Shown here: piece after piece, positions 27,401 to 39,400 of the stretch
Layout: each line of letters opens with the position of its first letter
Position numbering within the stretch: position 1 is the stretch's first letter
Assembly: GCF_018977255.1 (NCBI RefSeq)
Contig: NW_024704742.1
Location: forward strand, 130,016,001 to 130,080,000
Length of the DNA stretch: 64,000 bases
From: Callorhinchus milii
Taxonomy: Eukaryota
Reading direction: 5' to 3'
The notes under the pieces: model-generated
Seen by the model: the letters and a program-made list of their open reading frames with translations, nothing else
Database searches by the model: none
What the model was told of the DNA's origin: nothing
Translations under genes and position numbers: made by a program

Positions 27401-30400
27401 TGGGACAGTGCTCAATGATGGAAGCAGTGGGCACAGACCAAGAAATGAAAGGAATTTAGAGGTCATCGAAGGTAACAAACAGAAGGATGAGCTTTTAGGG
27501 GGTTTTTGGAGGTTAAAAGGAGAGATGCAGCAAGGCAAAGTGATCTTGGAAGAGTGCCATAGAGGACAGCATTGATGGCTAAACACCAACCTCTCTCTCA
27601 CCCAACAAACAATAGTGAAGGAGAGGGAATTGAGTACAAGCAATAAACCAGAGAGAGACTGGCATAAATTATTTGATAAATTTGGTATAGCGCTTTTCAC
27701 GTCTTCTAGACGTCCCAAAGCGCCTCACAGAATATACTGTAAAGTGAATTGACTGTATATTTGTGGGCGAACGCGGTAGCCAATTGCGCACAGCAGTGTC
27801 CCACAAACAGTCGTGGATTGAAAATGACCAATTTATTATTGTGTTGTTTTTTTGGAGGGATTATTATGAGGCGTGTGGAGTAAAGAAACTTGCCCAAGGT
27901 TTCGCCCTGACCTGCCTGGAATTGAACTCAGGTCTCTCACTTGCAAAGCGAGTGCTCTAACCACTGAGCTACAGGACTCCATAAGGCCAGAGAGGAGCAC
28001 AGAATAGGTATATCAAGATAGTGGAGGGAGCAGAACAAAAGTACTGAAACAAATTTATTTCAAAGGCGTGGCAAGGATGGGGTGGGGGGGATGAGTGACA
28101 GATGGGGAGTCTGTAAGGAGTACAGTAAATCTCACATAAGACATATCAGTTGGGACTACATATTTAACATGAGTTATGCAAGGTGTGAGTTATGTGAAAC
28201 TCACGTAAGTCGCATCATGTACAACTTATTTAAAATTATGTACAGGTAGGATTTTATGTGACTTACACATCATAAATACAAACATACTGAATTGGCTGGT
28301 GACATTACGGCAAGGTTTAACTATGTTTAACCCATGCATATTAAAGCTCTGCGGGTTTTACTTTAGAAAGAGGTAGTCTTTTTCCATACGACTACTTCTG
28401 GATAAGGGTTTAGTAAAAGGGCTTGAAATAAATATTCCTTTGAAACACTGCAAAGGTGAAAACTATAATAGAGCTCTCACCTTACAGCTCTGGACCATCT
28501 GCTGCTGTACGGCTGGGTTCTTGTTTGACGAGGCAGCGTGTTGAGCCGCAGCAATAGTCTGTGTTGCAGCAGCTGCAGCTTGCTTCGCTGCGTTCTGAAG
28601 AGAGAAAGGCACGACCGTAAAATTCAAGTTCAACATTTCCCCCTCCTCGTTTTGTTACGAAACTAGAATTATTTTACAAATCATATACAACACCAGATAA
28701 AACCATTAACTCTGCATTCACTCACAAAATACACTTTACAGTGCGTTGAGATGGCTCAAAGACATGATAAGCCACTAAATCAAATGCAAGGATTATTATT
28801 ATTATCATCATCATCATCTACTGAGCTTCAACTCATGCTGTTAAAAACATGCATGAGCAATAACAGCCATTCAGAGAGTTTTGTGCGATGGTCCAAGAGC
28901 ATTAATGTCCAGTAATGATAAAAAATACTCGATGCTCAAAGTTTTTCAGAAGTTGATTTGTAAAGTGCAGGGATTGCAATTATCTGCAAACATAGCAGCT
29001 ATTTTGAGCGAAACAATGCTCCCTTGTCAAGCAGTGAACCAATTTCTTCAGTTTAATGTCTAATCTGAAGGACAGCACCTCTGACAATGCAGTACTCCTC
29101 CAGCACTGAATTGAGATGTCAGCTTAGAGTTTGGCTTGAACCCATTAACATCTGACTCGGAGGCGAGAATGTTATCAACTGTGCCAGGCTGACACCTTGA
29201 AGAGCTTTTTGGCTGAGCCAAAAAAACAATTTTCAAGCAAGACTACCCAGTTAATAATGATGCATGACAACTCTGGCTTAATCTCTCTCTATAGTCATTG
29301 GACACTAGTGTCAAGTGTGTTCATCAAATGCCCCGTTGAGATCAATTAACTCAGTCCACTGAATGTGGGACCTTTTGGACAGGATGGACCAGGGCATTTC
29401 TCCATGAATGCACATTGCTATCAGAGAAGCCTGAAAACCCCACTTCAGGCTTTACCTCTGTTAGTACAGTCCTTGCTATGACAATAACTGACAAAGGCTA
29501 CAGGCAACATTCACCTGTTACATCAGGTTTTTCCACTCACCTCTAATTTGTTCATTAATTTCTTCTTGATGGCATTCTGGGCTGCTGCATTGGTGGCCAT
29601 TCGCAAACCTTCAGCAGCTTCTCTCAACCTCTGCTGCTGCTCTTCACTGTCAGGATTAGCTGCTGCACCCTAAACACCAAGAGACAACAACAAAATAATT
29701 CAACCTTCCCTTTGTACAACCAACATCAACACAGAATGGTGTAATAAAACTACAAAAAAAATGAAACTGGAAAAAAACTTTTCTCCAGGCTTCTTTTATG
29801 CTCTTGAAACCACGATTTGGCAAGTAGACACTGGGAAAGAAAAAAAAACTAGCAGCACTTTGTATTTGTGTGGACTTTGATGCTACAGACTACACACAAA
29901 CTCTCTTAGCTATCCCAATTTTAACGTTACCTTTGCAGCTTCCACCATCTTGGCAGTGGCGTCTGCTAACAGCTTGGCTGCAGAGAGCAGCTTCCTGGAG
30001 TGCTCGAGGTCTGATTCACCTTCAGCATCGGCTTTGATGGCGTTCACCAGATCCGAAGTCGCTTGAGCCAGAATTCTTGCCTGACGTACCATTTCACCTG
30101 TTTTGGGGATAGGTGATAGGAGGGGAAAAATAGAGAGAAAACGCATGAGAAAATGGCATTTACTATTTAATAAATATTCTGCACAAAATGCTTTATGGAG
30201 ATCAAATTAGCCAGAGGACAAGAAGCGCACATCACAGTACCATTGAGACAAATCAATACTAATACAGTTAACAAGATTAGTTTATGAATACAGAAGTGAT
30301 GATACTGATGGAAGCTTTAGCCACGCATCACATTTCATTTGTAAGCAGATGTTTAAATGTAGAAGGACTTTTTTTAAAAAAAATCTTATGGTGGTTTCCC

Positions 30401-33400
30401 AATCGAGATAATAAGACATTACATGTTCACCTGCAGCAACCCGTAAAGTCACAAGCCTGCGCATTCATCAAAAGCACAAACATCCTTACCAGCATCCCCC
30501 ATGGAGCTGAAAATGTTCTCAGTGACTGTCAGGATGGTGTCTGTGGCCTGATCGTAACGTCCTAACGGGTGTCCTCCGGTGGCGTACAGCTTGATGTGCT
30601 GGAGGAGGTCATTGAGGGCCTGTGATACAGTGGTGGCAGCCACTCCAACCTGCTTCAGCAGCTGCTCGTCTTGTGTGGCAGCCTGCGAGGCCTCCACACA
30701 GCCCTCCACTGACTTAGCGACCAGCTTGCCAGCTTCAATCAGCTGCTCCTGACATGCCGGGGAACTAATGGTTGGAGCTACAACCTGCAAGAGTAGAAAT
30801 AGATGCAACTTCCTTACCAGTGCTTTACTTGTACAATCAGATGTCTCTTAGGGGAACCTCATTTTGCTCTGATGGTAGTTAAATCAGAACACAGAATAAA
30901 ATGTTTACATACATATCACATTTATTATATGTGAATTACTTACAATATATTATAAATCGTGTTATCATCATATTTTATATACGGATATTATAATCACAAG
31001 ATTACCCCAAAAAATCTATTACAAGATTAAAATACTATTTTAAGAAAATGCTCATTTTTATAAAGCTTTCCAACCAGAATCCTTTCTGAAAATTTGGCTA
31101 TAGCTAGTCTGCCCAATACAGTTTTTATTTTTTATACTGCATATACATTGGAAAATAAATCTGTGTAAACAAGGGGTCAAATAGGACAGTCTCTTCCTAA
31201 AATACCCCAAAAGGCCATTTGGAACATACTCAAAAGAAATAATTTGTCTGCAAAATACCGCCATGACACTTTAGAGTGAATCCTGTGAAACAATTTGAGG
31301 CATCCTCCTGATGTGAAATTCCCTATATCAAATGCAAGGATTCTTAGTGTTGTGATAACGTATAATGTACTTCAACGATGGATAATTATTTCTGCTACAA
31401 TGATTTGTGCTGCATATAAGGGGTTTGTTTCACTATATAAGGCATAATATTTTCATCAAGGAGTGCGGAAGCTGTCTGTTGCAGTGGTGGATGTTTAGTT
31501 CTGTAAGGTCTGAAGAACCTATCTTGAGGTGGCAGCGGGCAGAGCTTTCTTGTGTCTGAATAAAAGTACCCAGTGCAATCATAGGAGTATAGGAACAGGA
31601 GTAGGCCATTCAGCCCCTCAAGTCTGTTCCATCATTCTATTAGATTATGACTAATCTGTACCTCAACTCCAAATACCGACTGTTGCCCATATCCTTTGAT
31701 ACCCATACCTAACAGAAATCTATCCACCGGAGTCTTGAAAATCTGACTGGATGCAGCATCTACAGCCTTTTGGGGGAGAGAGATCCAGATTTCCACTACG
31801 CTTCCACCAATTTCATTAATACTTTAAAAGTTCACCGCGTGCTCGTGACCAACAAACGAGGTCTTGTAAACGCTTACCTTAGTACAAGCCACGAGCTGCG
31901 AGGTGGAGAGAGCACACTGTGTCGCAGCGGCTATGACACGATTCTGCAAACCCGAATCATCTGCTTTCTGAGCCACATTTTTCGACCTCAGGACCAGTGC
32001 TGCTGCCGCATTTGCCACAGCTTTGGCCAGCTGCATGAGGACCTCCTGGAAATGGTCAGAAAATCGACAAAATTAAGAACGGCAACATTCGACAAACGTG
32101 GGAGAAGAATCAATAGGAATCTACTATTCATCAGCTCAGTAAATTCAAGATTTCCACAAGTTACTCCAGAGAGTTTGTTTGATCCAAAATTCCAGGGCAA
32201 CATAAACCAAGATCATCCATGTTGCTAGATTATATTGGATTACTAGTTATATTATGGACACTGAAAGGCTCTATCTGGCTTGCACGGCATTGTTTAACCT
32301 CATTTCCCAGGTTTATTAACGCTAATGTAAGCTACGTCAGGTCTAGGTGGTAACAGAGATACGGTCAACAATCCCCTATATTTAATAAAATTGGTCATTC
32401 ATTTAGTTTGTGCAGCATTGGAGGGTGCAAACTTGTTGCTACTTTCACCTACAAATACACAATATGCTTCGCAGGAAAACAGTAAAACCTGTGAAGCACT
32501 CCGAGACATTTGGACGGCCTGCATGATGTGGCATTATATTCGGGATGCTAACCCGTGTGAAGGGCGCTATGTAAATGCAAGTTGTTGTTGTTGCATATCA
32601 AATGAAGGGATTTTATTGATATTATTGTAATATAAAACAAATTGGAATAGTTTTGTGTGGTTTCCCTTTGCTAAATATCCATAATTTCATACACTTAAGT
32701 CATTGTTTCCTGACAGCCTATCCAGTCACAGCACTAATTTAAAAATTAGAGCAAAGTTTAAAATAAACCATATCAACCAGATAGTTCCTTTTCAAAGATT
32801 AAACAGTATAATAGTCAAAACAAACTGAGGATTAAACTGAAATGTGTGCATTAAAGAAATTATTGGTGAACACCACTCTGTACTTATCCCAAAGTGCACT
32901 GATCAGGCAAGAAATGGACCCCTGCTGCGGAGCCTTCATATGTAAGCATTCTTGCTGCTGAAACGTCATTCATGAATCTAGTTTCCAGCTTTAGGAATTG
33001 AATGACTTGTTGTTAAGTTCTGGTACTTCGCTGCCCAAAATACCTGGGTCAAAAAGTGCCAATGATCTCTGCATCTAATTTTTTTTTATAAACTGATTCC
33101 CTCCATACTATGAACCAACACAGGTTTCTTGCAATTACAAGACAAACACTAACCAATGCAGCGTGGGATACCTGCAAAGTGGTTTGATTAAAATTTAATC
33201 TGGAGAGAAATGCAATCAGATACATCCACCTCAAATAGTTAGTACATTTTCTAACGAGACTTCAGTTATTATTGCCAATTCTGATTCCATGGCACTTTCA
33301 GATTCGGAGAAAGAGAAAAAAAATCAAATCCCAATTATTCAAAATATATAATAATTTTTAAAAAGCACTGAACGAATTGCATTTACCGGTCTGAGAACAA

Positions 33401-36400
33401 AGCCTGAAACAATCCTTGATGTGTATTTGTGTGCATCTACAGGAAGCTGTACAAAGCATTTACAAAAATCCAACAGAAGGTTAAGACACTTTAAAACGCA
33501 GCTGTAAATGTGCAATTATACTACGACTGAAAAAAAATGTAATTTCCATTAGCGCATACCTGAAATCGTGGATCGGCATCGCTTTCCCCGATCTGCTGCA
33601 GAAGCTCACCACTTGTGTGGCCCACAGTTCCAGCAGCAGTGAGTAGGTGCTGACGAGGCTGAAACACAGACAGGGGCGAGTATGAATGCTTTCTGCATCT
33701 CATTCAATAAACAAATCCTTACTGTCAACTTGTACCAATTATCAGCTTTGACTGATAAATTGGAAGGGGGGAAGAACGTAGTAACACTGGGCACTGCACA
33801 GTAGATGTCGTCTGTTTACTGTGACAAAGATCACCTGCTCTTTCCGTCACTTGCATGCATCTTTAATACGGAACATCGACTGGTGATTCTAGTCGACAAA
33901 TCCTACATAATTTACAAGGTAAATGTGATAAGGAGGACTGTAAATAATTCACTTGCTCAACTTTGCTGCACATTGCCTAAAAACAGACAATGTGCCAGTT
34001 ATACTAGGAACTGACACCGTTGTCCTATAAAACCTTAGCCAGTGCCTTTAACTCTCTGCAACATGCAGTCATGAAAAAGCCATGGCTCATGTCCTCTTAA
34101 GTGTCTTATCTAAAGCAGAGCTTGCAAAACCCAACTTTCCCTCACGTCCCAATCTATTACAAGGGCACCTGCAATTTGCTGTTGATCAGTTGCAATGCAA
34201 CCTTGCGTGCTCCCCCGCTGCATTTAGGTAGATTTTAAAGTGGGTAATGGTTGGAATTTATTGCGCTTTGCATAGGCCAACATATATTTGCCCACAAAAC
34301 ATATAGTCAATTCACTTCACAGAATATTATGTGAAGCGCTTTGAAATGCCTTGAAGACGTGATATGGCGCTATATCAAATGCAGGGATTATTATTATATA
34401 CAGCAACAGTTTGCTGCTTGTATACAGCACTGGCCCACTTGACTCAGTACTTTGATGAATCAAACAGTACAAGTTAACCTCAGCAGTTGCTGGCTGAGCT
34501 GTCTTCAATAACTCTGAAACAGCACAGGCCAGGTTCTTGGCAGCTTTCAGCAGCTGCTGTCCATTCGCGCCCTCGTCTTCCATCAGGGCCGCCAGTAGTT
34601 TGACGCCTTTTGACATTTCCGTCAGGTTTGAGGAGATGGTGGTCACTGCACACCCAACGGCACTGTAATCTGTATCAGCAGGGTTTCCTGTTACATAAAA
34701 CCAGCAGACCAAGATTAATATAATGCAACTCCTAAGCAATAAGTATGAAAATAAAAAGCTTCTCCGCTGCATCCCTAGGAGCTCAGAACCATAAAGGAGA
34801 ACTGTTTCGACACAGGAGTTTTATGCCACAAGCTTAAAATGTACTTGAAAGTTGCTGTCCTTGGAGACAAGAACAGAGTGCTTGTTGTCCCTTCTAAACA
34901 GAATTCAAATTACATATTGCACAGACATAAATGTTCTTGCTTTTATTAACTTAATGAAACATGCTAATTATTATACCCAGGAATAAAACTTAAAAGTTAT
35001 TCATAAATCATCCCAAATCAGCTTTGATTTTCTCTGCTAAAAGCACAACCACATAACCGCTTACTTAACGCTCAAAATTACACCCAATACTTAAGACCAA
35101 TTTGTCTTAAAAATTTAACAAGAATTAGGATTTTAATTGTGTTTATTTTTGCACTGCACCAAATTTAAGAATTTTCCACCAAGATATTAAAAATGTAAAT
35201 AAAATGCAAATTAAATCAAATACTTGACTGCCCAGCAGTTTGGGACGTCCTCCCGATGTGAAAGATGCTATACAAATGGAATTGTTGTTGTTGATGATGT
35301 TGTCGTTGTAAATCAAAATGGTTTTATTGGCTAAGACGAAGGAAATTTCTGCCAATGAGTTCACGAACCTGCGGTGAGATTGACCACTGATGCTGTGCCT
35401 GCAGTAATCGCATCAACCTGGGAATGGATCTCATGTTTGGATTCATCCATTTTCATTTTTTTCCATTCATTTGAGGCCTAGGGGCACAAACATAACATTA
35501 TTGCAATCTCTTCAACAGCAAAGGACACACAATACAATTAATGCAGTACTATTGCTCACCAGTGCTGCAAAACAACCTGTGTAATGGACTCACAAATCAA
35601 GACTACAATATACAGTAGAGCTTTATGAAACTGTTAAAAAGAAATCTATTAAATATGAGTAAAAGTAGCAGCGGTGAAAAGTATGACCACAACAAATGTT
35701 AATTCAATATGCATCCATCAAAACAAACTACTTAAGGAATAATCCTAGAGATTATTGTTCTAGTCAGTTATTTAACTAGACTAATAAGTGGCTTGCTTGG
35801 TTCGGGTGAGAACAATGTAGTGAGTAGATTGTGCATTTGAACTCCACAACAGGACTTTTAATCATAATAGAAATAAACATGACAAGGGAACACTGGATGT
35901 ACTGTCTTGCTGGTGAGATGTTAGCCTGTTGCGATGAACATTAAGATCCAATGGTACTGTTTTAAAAAACAGGACATTTTCTCCTACCAAGTTCAATATT
36001 CCTCTCATTCAAATTCAGGCCCAGTAAACCTTACTCTGGAAGATGAATAATTGATGAGTAAATAACTGGGTTTTTTCTCAGATTTCTTGGCCAGCAATCA
36101 CCCAGATTAAAATTGCTGAATCATTTCAGTGCTGCTTGTGGAATCTTACCGTGTGACCATTGGCTGCCGTGTTTGTCTACAAAAACAAAGTCACTATACT
36201 TTGCAATAAATCCTGTGAAATATTGTGAGAGGTTATGATGATGTGATAAGGTACTATACCAAATGCGGAGTGCGTGTGTATGTGGCAGAAAGCTTGGACA
36301 GTACACAGTTCATTTGAATCTGTGTTAAAGGTTCTGACTTACAGCATCGTGTCCAAGGGGTGGCAAGGCATCAAGATCATCCAGACTGGCTGTTGCTTGC

Positions 36401-39400
36401 TGAACAGCCTGCATGCTGGAGTTCAGAGTTCCCATCAGCGCTTGCTGTGCAGATGTCTACAAATAAAACATGCAATGTAAAAACCAAGTAAGAACAAATA
36501 GGATTTTAATCATGTTTATTTTTGCACAGTTCATTGCTTCTATTATTGGGTTGTCGATATTATTATTATATATTATTAGTACTGAATATTGCAAACTGAT
36601 ACAGCACCCTGAAAGCAACCACTAAACCCTCAAGGATGGCAAAGAAAATCTTCGGAAAAATAATCATTGAGAAATCATTAGTTGTGGTATGTTTCATCAG
36701 GGGTCTCCAGACCGCAGTGAGGAGCAGGAAGCCTGCACTCCCCCCACAAGCCTAACCCAATGGTGCCGAAGCCAAAGTCCTTATACATGTTTGTATGCCT
36801 GAAACATGTATATGGAAGGGCACTGGTCTGATATTCCCTGGTTGCAAAAATCCGAAATAGTGGCAAGGCAATAAACTATTTATTTCAAAGGCTTAGCCTT
36901 GGTATTCATTTTACATCATTTAACTGGTTGGCACTGAAGAGTTCTAGTTCCAGGAAACATTTCTTACCAGTGGAGGCATGTGTCCACAGTGCATCTGTCC
37001 ACTGGTCACCTGCTGCTGGGCTGCTGGCATTGACCCAACCTGGAAATTCTCCCGACCCCCAGCACCAGAACGCATGATGGCTGGTAACGCTACTGACCCA
37101 TGCTCCAAAGTCCCAATTCTGTTAAACTGTTGCTGCATGATGGTAGATCTGTAAAGAGCAATAGTGTGAGCAGAAGTCATTCCGTATGCATTTTCAAACA
37201 AAAACTATTAACTCATTTTATCTCATTGCAGAACTACACACGGAAAACCTCAAAAAATGATCGCCATAAGAATACAGACTCTGAACACATCAATACATTC
37301 AGGCGTACAGAGTTCGAAAACTTCTTTCTGGTCAACCAGATGTTTGACACTTGTACAGCTCAACTCCACAGAGACCGTTCGCCCCCCCACCCGCCACTTA
37401 CCTCCCACAACAAGGAGTTCAGTTGTATTTTCACTGATGTCTCAAAGTGCTTTACAGGATATACTGTAAAGTGGTCCGACTGTATTTTGTGGGGGAGCAA
37501 AATGGTGCCCACTGTTCAGCTCCGGATCCAGTGTTCAAGCATGAGTAGAGTTCTAGTTCCAGGAAACATTTCTTACCAGTGGAGGCATGTGTCCACAGTG
37601 CATCTGTCCACTGGTCACCTAATATAGTGAGCTAATATAGTGGTATAAGAACTAGTTCTTAAATTAATGAAATGAACACCTTTTTTTTTGTGACTTACTT
37701 CTTAGGAGACACAGAATCCTCCAACATTGTGGATTCTTCATCACCTTCTAGTCCAAAATGATCTTTGCTTTTTTTCTGCAACAGATACAAAGTTGAGTTG
37801 ATTCAACAGCTTTCACTTGTAATAGCACCTTTTACCTAGAATGTGAAAACTTCATAGGGAGAAGGAGAAAAATGTTTTTAAAGAGGATTTTCAAGGCAAA
37901 GACCTTTTGGAAGGGTGTTCCAGAGAGGCAAACACAGAGTGTCTGGAGGCTCGACCACCAATAGTAGGACAGAGGGAGTGAGTAAAAATAAGTATTGCTT
38001 TGAAGGAACCTATAATAGTAGTAACAATTATTCGGTGCCCTTCCCCTACCTCAAAAGTTCAAACTCTTAATTCCAGGGCATATTTTTGTCACTTCTTGAC
38101 CACTAGGTGGTGCATTTTCTGGTCACCAAAAAAACAGTGGGACCTGCGCAGACCAAATAGCAGCAGCAACTTGCATTTATACAGTGCCCTTCAATAGGAG
38201 GAAGGGTTTATAATGCACCCTTTGTGTCCTTGGATACATCACTCAAGTGATCCTCCTTTTGTATTGAATTGTCCCTGTATTGTACAGGCACAAGCATGGG
38301 CAAGGCATTGAGATACTAATCTGCCACAGGAGCTGTCATAGCTAAGATCACTCCGCCTCTCCCAGCCCATGTTCTCATTCCTACACCCACACTGGACTGT
38401 AATCAGGGACAAAAACTGGCCAAAATCTCGCCTCCCTAACCCAGGTGGTGCTGAAACCAAATGAGTCAGTCTGCTCCCTGTCATCGATCCATGAACCCCA
38501 CAGATCAGGGAAGAAACGTGAACCTTCCTGGTGAGTACAGCTTACTCACTCTCCACTGCTATTTTTTACCCTCCGTTACTGCCTTCCTGTGGTCAAGCAC
38601 TGTAACAGAACAACAGGCATAGCTTTGTGCCAATCACACCGAAAGTGCACGAAATTGTAAACTTCTCTGAAAATCATGGCATTCTTCTTCATCAATATCT
38701 CTTGGAAACCACTGTAAACTTTTAGGCAAGGGAATCTTGGGGATTTCTTCCGATATCTGCGCATTCATTTACGTACAATTAACCAGCTGTAAAATGTACT
38801 GGATTGAATACCTTTTTCAAAATGATATCGATGTATCCAGCTATTAGCTGTGCAATTTGTTCCCCCTCAGTTGTCTGAACTGAATAGTAACCGTCCTGGT
38901 AGTCACCAAAATCCTGAAAAATAGAAATACATTTAATGAGGTGAAGAAATTCAGCCCCAATCAGCAATGTGCTCTAATTTGTATCAATGTCATCGTCATC
39001 GCCATCCGCCCAAAAAATCTAGGCTCCTAGGCTTCCTCCTTGCCTATGACATGTAACAATGGAGGGAGTATTCCTCCCATTCGTCTCCAAGGTTCTGGAA
39101 CGTCGTCGGGTCCCAGCTCCGCTCCTTTCTTTCTTGCCATTCCCTCTTTGAAACCCTCCAATCCGGCTTCCGCGCAGCCCACAGCACAGAAACAGCCCTG
39201 GTCAAAGTCACTGATGACATTCTGAACATCTGTGATCAGGGCTCCCTCTGCCTCCTTGTCCTCCTCGACATCTCTGCTGCCTTCGACCACTCCATCCTCA
39301 TACACTGCCTCTCTTCTTTACTTAATCTTCATGGACCTGCCCTTGCCTGGTTCGATTCCTATCTCTCTCACCGTCTCCATTTTGTTGCCTCTTAACGGTT

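Noticed and set aside
32043..32048. NAGNAG acceptors at coding exons 17 and 9 (cagGAG, tagGAG)
   Set aside because: Distal GAG acceptors are rarely used, and homology supports the proximal site.
36690..36800. LF-SINE-like ancient fragments (also near 45040-45090 and 59280-59320)
   Set aside because: Only short motif resemblance from memory; cannot be supported without a profile search.
37100..37627. 175-aa plus-strand ORF and other antisense ORFs over talin exons (e.g. 31770-32228, 55956-56411)
   Set aside because: Shadow frames of exons and repeats, with no recognisable protein features.
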